Shown here piece after piece: positions 60,343-64,000 of a stretch of DNA of 64,000 nucleotides. The DNA is from an uncultured bacterium (GTDB lineage: Bacteria > Margulisbacteria > WOR-1 > CAVSGV01). Numbering within the stretch: position 1 is the stretch's first letter; every line of letters begins with the position of its first letter. Under the pieces are notes generated by a model, which did no database searches, was not told the DNA's origin, and worked only from the letters and a program-made list of their open reading frames with translations. A program made the position numbers and the translations under genes. The stretch is taken from contig CAVYHE010000013.1 of the NCBI GenBank assembly GCA_963768305.1, positions 23,353 through 87,352 of the forward strand, read 5' to 3'.

Positions 60343-61338
60343 TCAGCTTTTCTTAAGCCAGCTCATCATCTTGCGCAGCTCGCCGCCTACCTTCTCTATA
60401 AGATGCCCCCTGTCTTTCCTGAGGAGAGAGTTATAGACCGGCCTGCCGGCAAGATTTTCCGTTATCCATTCTTTCGCGAACGAGCCGTTCTGGATCCTGT
60501 CGAGCGCGTAGCGCATCCTTGCCTTTACTGAATCGTCGATGATGTACGGGCCCACGGTTATGTCGCCGTATTTCGCGGTGGTGCTTATGCCGTCCCTCAT
60601 TCCCGCGATCCCTTTTTCATACATGAGGTCCACTATCAGCTTCAACTCATGCATGCATTCAAAATACGCGATCTCCGGCTGGTATCCCGCGTTGACCAGG
60701 ATCTCAAATCCGGCCTTGACCAGCGACGTAGCTCCTCCGCAAAGGACCGTCTGCTCGCCGAAAAGGTCGGTCTCGGTCTCTTCCTTGAAAGTGGTCTCAA
60801 GCACTCCCGCGCGCGTTGATCCAATGCCTTTCGCGTACGCGAGCGTGATCTCCTTTGCTTTTCCGGAAGCGTTCTGGTGGATGGCGAATATCGACGGGAC
60901 TCCGCTTCCTTCGGTGAAAAGTTTTCTCACAAGCGGGCCGGGCCCTTTCGGAGCTACCATGATGACATCAACATCCGCCGGCGGGATTATCTGATAATAA
61001 TGGATATTGAACCCGTGGGAGAACATCAAAGTTTTTCCCTTGGTCATATACTTTACGATCGACTGCTTGTAAACCATCGCCTGAAGCTCGTCCGGAACCA
61101 GCATCTGGATAATATCCGCCTGTTTTGCCGCTTCTTCGGCGGCCATGGGCGTGAACCCTTCCTTTTTCGCGCGGTCCCAGTTGGGGCTTCCTTCCAGCTC
61201 CGCCACGATCACTTTTATCCCGCTGTCCTTCAGGTTGGAGCCCTGCGCTCCTCCCTGGGATCCGTATCCGATCATCGCTACGGTCTTTCCTTTCAACAGA
61301 TTCAGGTCCGCATCCTTGTCATAATAAACTTTTGCCAT
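60343..61338 (-). CDS. ilvC: Ketol-acid reductoisomerase
   Basis: [33 protein letters not shown]. Confidence 0.97.
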   Translation of the reverse strand: MAKVYYDKDADLNLLKGKTVAMIGYGSQGGAQGSNLKDSGIKVIVAELEGSPNWDRAKKEGFTPMAAEEAAKQADIIQMLVPDELQAMVYKQSIVKYMTKGKTLMFSHGFNIHYYQIIPPADVDVIMVAPKGPGPLVRKLFTEGSGVPSIFAIHQNASGKAKEITLAYAKGIGSTRAGVLETTFKEETETDLFGEQTVLCGGATSLVKAGFEILVNAGYQPEIAYFECMHELKLIVDLMYEKGIAGMRDGISTTAKYGDITVGPYIIDDSVKARMRYALDRIQNGSFAKEWITENLAGRPVYNSLLRKDRGHLIEKVGGELRKMMSWLKKS

Positions 61339-61353
61339 TTTCCTTCCTCCTTT

Positions 61354-61402
61354 TAACTCTTAACCCTTAACTCATAACTCTTAACTTATAACGCTTAACT
61401 TT
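61354..61402. repeat. Heptamer tandem repeat, 7 units
   Basis: TAACTCT TAACCCT TAACTCA TAACTCT TAACTTA TAACGCT TAACTTT. Confidence 0.85.
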
Positions 61403-61847
61403 TTCTTCTCCTTTTATTCAGTCCGCACCATAGATTACCACAATTTGAGCACGCTGTTAAGCCGTGTATCCAGAACCATGTCCAGAAAAGCACCGTGAAT
61501 ACGGCCGCCAGCAGATAATCCTCATAATACAACAGGAAAGGGACCGGGAATAAAGCCACCAGAAGCCAGAGTGACGCGAGTATCGCGTCGTCCGGATCCT
61601 TGGGCCCTTCATGCCTCCACTTGAAAAAACTCTTCGATATCAGCCCGCCGAAAATGTAACAATCTTTCCCGTAATAAACGCATCTCGTGCAGTAAAGGTA
61701 CGTGTGGGAAAATATTACTCCCACGGAAAACAGCGCGTAGATGACCGGCAAAAGATCGTTGTGAACGTACAAAGTAAAAGTCCCGAACGTGATGCAGATG
61801 GCCAATCCCGGAACGTTCACAAGGCGGTTAAGGTCGCACTTATCCAT
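61395..61847 (-). CDS. Cys-rich four-TM hypothetical protein within the ilv operon
   Basis: Hydrophobic helices, CTRC.YYGK.C and CSNC.N..C. Confidence 0.65.
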   Translation of the reverse strand: MDKCDLNRLVNVPGLAICITFGTFTLYVHNDLLPVIYALFSVGVIFSHTYLYCTRCVYYGKDCYIFGGLISKSFFKWRHEGPKDPDDAILASLWLLVALFPVPFLLYYEDYLLAAVFTVLFWTWFWIHGLTACSNCGNLWCGLNKRRRKS

Positions 61848-62322
61848 TAACTCCTCTTTGCAGGGCTATCTTGCCGGTCCTGACAAGCTCTTTTATGCCG
61901 AATTTCCTGAGCAGCTTCTCCATGCCGTCAACTTTGCTTTCTTCGCCGGTCATCTCTATGGTTACCGCGCCTTCCGACACATCCGCTATCCTGCCCCTGA
62001 AAATATCAACTATCTCGATTATCTCCGGACGGGTCTTTTCATTGCAGGCCACTTTGAAAAGCACAAGCTCCCTTTCAACTGCCACATCTTTCGGAATGTC
62101 GAAAACCTTGATGACATCTATCAATTTATAAAGCTGTTTCATTATCTGTTCCAGGACAAGGTCGTCGCCGGATGCGATGACCGTCATCCTTGAGATCGAC
62201 GGATCTTCCGTTGTTCCTACAGCGAGAGATTCAATGTTGAATCCTCTTCTCGAGAAAAGCCCCGCCACCCTGGCCAGGACTCCGGGCTTATTTTCCACTA
62301 TTACAGATATAGTATGTTTCAT
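61840..62322 (-). CDS. ilvN: Acetolactate synthase small subunit
   Basis: ENKPGVLARV.GLFSRRGFNIESL, ERELVL.KV, E.VRTG. Confidence 0.96.
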   Translation of the reverse strand: MKHTISVIVENKPGVLARVAGLFSRRGFNIESLAVGTTEDPSISRMTVIASGDDLVLEQIMKQLYKLIDVIKVFDIPKDVAVERELVLFKVACNEKTRPEIIEIVDIFRGRIADVSEGAVTIEMTGEESKVDGMEKLLRKFGIKELVRTGKIALQRGVNG

Positions 62323-62324
62323 AA

Positions 62325-63998
62325 TTAATCTACCAACATCTCGTTCAGCGCCTGACCCGGCGGAACGAACGGGAGAACGTTCTCCTCGCGCGCCACCTTG
62401 AAATCGATCAATGTCGGCCTGTCCTTTATCTTAAGCGATTCTTCTATTGCCGGCTTTACCTCTTCCGGCTTTGTCACGCGTATTGCAGCGGCACCAAAAG
62501 CTTCAGCGACTTTCACGAGGTCGGCGTTATGCTCCAGGTCCACCGCGGAATATCTTTTTCCGTAGAGGAGCTCCTGCCATTGCCTTACCATCCCGAGATA
62601 GCCGTTATTGAGCACGGCTATTTTTACGGGAACCTTGTAATTTACCGCGGTCACCATCTCCTGGATGTTCATCAAAATACTTCCGTCTCCGGCGATATCA
62701 AAAACCACTTTGTCCGGGCAGCCCATCTGCGCTCCGATAGCGGCGGGGAATCCGTATCCCATCGTCCCGAGACCGCCGGAAGTTATCAATGTCCTCGGCT
62801 TGATAAATTTATAATACATCGCTGTCCACATCTGGTTCTGTCCGACCTCGGTCGTTATTATCGCATCGCCTTTTGTGATCTCATATATCTGCTCGATGAC
62901 ATATTCCGGCTTTAATGTACCGTCCTTCTTGTAAGAGAGCGGATATTTTTTCTTCCATTCTTCAATTTGCTCCAGCCATTGCGCGTGGTTATCCTTGGCG
63001 GAAAGTTTTCCGATAAGGACTTTCAGGACCGTTTTTATGTCGCCCACGATTGGGATGTCTATCCGAACATTCTTGCCGATCTCAGCCGGATCGATATCGA
63101 TCTGGATATGTTTCGCTTTCGGCGCGAACCTGGCAATGTGCGCGGTAACCCTGTCGTCAAATCTCGCGCCTACCGCTATCAGCAGATCGCATTCCTGGAC
63201 CGAGTAATTGGCGTAAACCGTTCCATGCATCCCTAGCATTCCAAGGCACATCGGGTCCGTTCCCGGGAACGCGCCCATGCCCATCAATGTGGTCGTGACC
63301 GGTATCTTGCACTTCAATGCGAATTCAGTAAGCTCCGCCGCCGCGTTGGATGCGATAACTCCGCCGCCGGCGTAGATCAAAGGCTTTTTCGCAGCCGCTA
63401 TCGCTTTTGCCGCGGCAGCTATTTGTTTCGGATGGCCTTCATATGTCGGCTTATAGCTTGGCATGTCTATCTTTTCCGGATACTTGAAGTCGATCTTGTT
63501 GTTCTGGACGTCCCTTGGCACGTCGATAAGCACAGGCCCCGGCCGTCCGGTCCTCGCGATATAAAAAGCTTCCTTGAAAACCCGTGGGATATCCTTTGAA
63601 TCCTTGATCAGGTAGTTATGTTTTGTTATCGGTATTGTTATCCCGGTTATGTCGGCTTCCTGGAATGAATCGCGTCCAAGGAGTGAAGTCGCCACCTGTC
63701 CGGTGATGGCCACGATCGGGATGGAATCCATCTGGGCGGTGGCGATGCCGGTGACTAGGTTGGTGGCGCCGGGGCCGGAGGTGGCCACGCACACGCCTGT
63801 TTTGCCCGTGGCGCGGGCGAAACCGTCGGCCGCGTGGGCGGCTCCCTGTTCGTGGCGGACGAGGATATGTTTTATGTCCTTTTCATTATATAGGGCGTCG
63901 TAGAAGGGCAGTATCTGGCCGCCGGGGTACCCGAAGATGGTGTGGACCCCTTCTTTTTTAAGGCATTCAAGAATGGCTTGTGCGCCGGTTAACTCCAT
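62325..63998 (-). CDS. ilvB: Acetolactate synthase large subunit
   Basis: [43 protein letters not shown]. Confidence 0.97.
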   Translation of the reverse strand: MELTGAQAILECLKKEGVHTIFGYPGGQILPFYDALYNEKDIKHILVRHEQGAAHAADGFARATGKTGVCVATSGPGATNLVTGIATAQMDSIPIVAITGQVATSLLGRDSFQEADITGITIPITKHNYLIKDSKDIPRVFKEAFYIARTGRPGPVLIDVPRDVQNNKIDFKYPEKIDMPSYKPTYEGHPKQIAAAAKAIAAAKKPLIYAGGGVIASNAAAELTEFALKCKIPVTTTLMGMGAFPGTDPMCLGMLGMHGTVYANYSVQECDLLIAVGARFDDRVTAHIARFAPKAKHIQIDIDPAEIGKNVRIDIPIVGDIKTVLKVLIGKLSAKDNHAQWLEQIEEWKKKYPLSYKKDGTLKPEYVIEQIYEITKGDAIITTEVGQNQMWTAMYYKFIKPRTLITSGGLGTMGYGFPAAIGAQMGCPDKVVFDIAGDGSILMNIQEMVTAVNYKVPVKIAVLNNGYLGMVRQWQELLYGKRYSAVDLEHNADLVKVAEAFGAAAIRVTKPEEVKPAIEESLKIKDRPTLIDFKVAREENVLPFVPPGQALNEMLVD

Positions 63999-64000
63999 AA

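Overview
This is a 64 kb chromosomal segment from a diderm bacterium with a Terrabacteria-like gene set; a Saganbacteria/Margulisbacteria-type lineage is a guess, not shown. Most of it is housekeeping: rpe, ribD, rlmD, miaA, leuC/leuD, the C-terminal half of carB, rnc, pyrC, sufBC, acr3, tyrA-aroA-mutL-topA, panC, minor pilins, thrS-infC-rpmI-rplT, dxr and ilvBNC. It also holds a Ni/Zn uptake island and a lipoprotein/permuted NlpC-P60/beta-propeller/Lnt operon. The main unexplained structure is a set of six AT-rich orphan genes (starts 6532, 7321, 25650, 28243, 28824, 49574). Each is headed by the same exactly spaced element, GAAATTT...(GAAA-N15-NNCGATAW), which has sigma28-like promoter geometry, and four copies carry a conserved A-rich left extension. 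At the two loci where these genes are stacked in pairs, the spacer between them is a duplicated 3' end of the convergent host gene (leuC; a zinc metallopeptidase) that differs only at synonymous sites and stops where the element begins. This suggests promoter-headed cassettes that insert repeatedly at gene 3' ends. Cargo includes two FGE/C-type-lectin-fold paralogues with DGR-VR-like C-termini, a receiver domain sharing an N-terminal leader with one of them, a sigma54-region-I/nucleotidyltransferase fusion and a multi-HTH protein. No rRNA, tRNA, CRISPR array, integrase, transposase or reverse transcriptase was recognised. Three genes have single-base frameshifts at short homopolymers, probably sequencing error.
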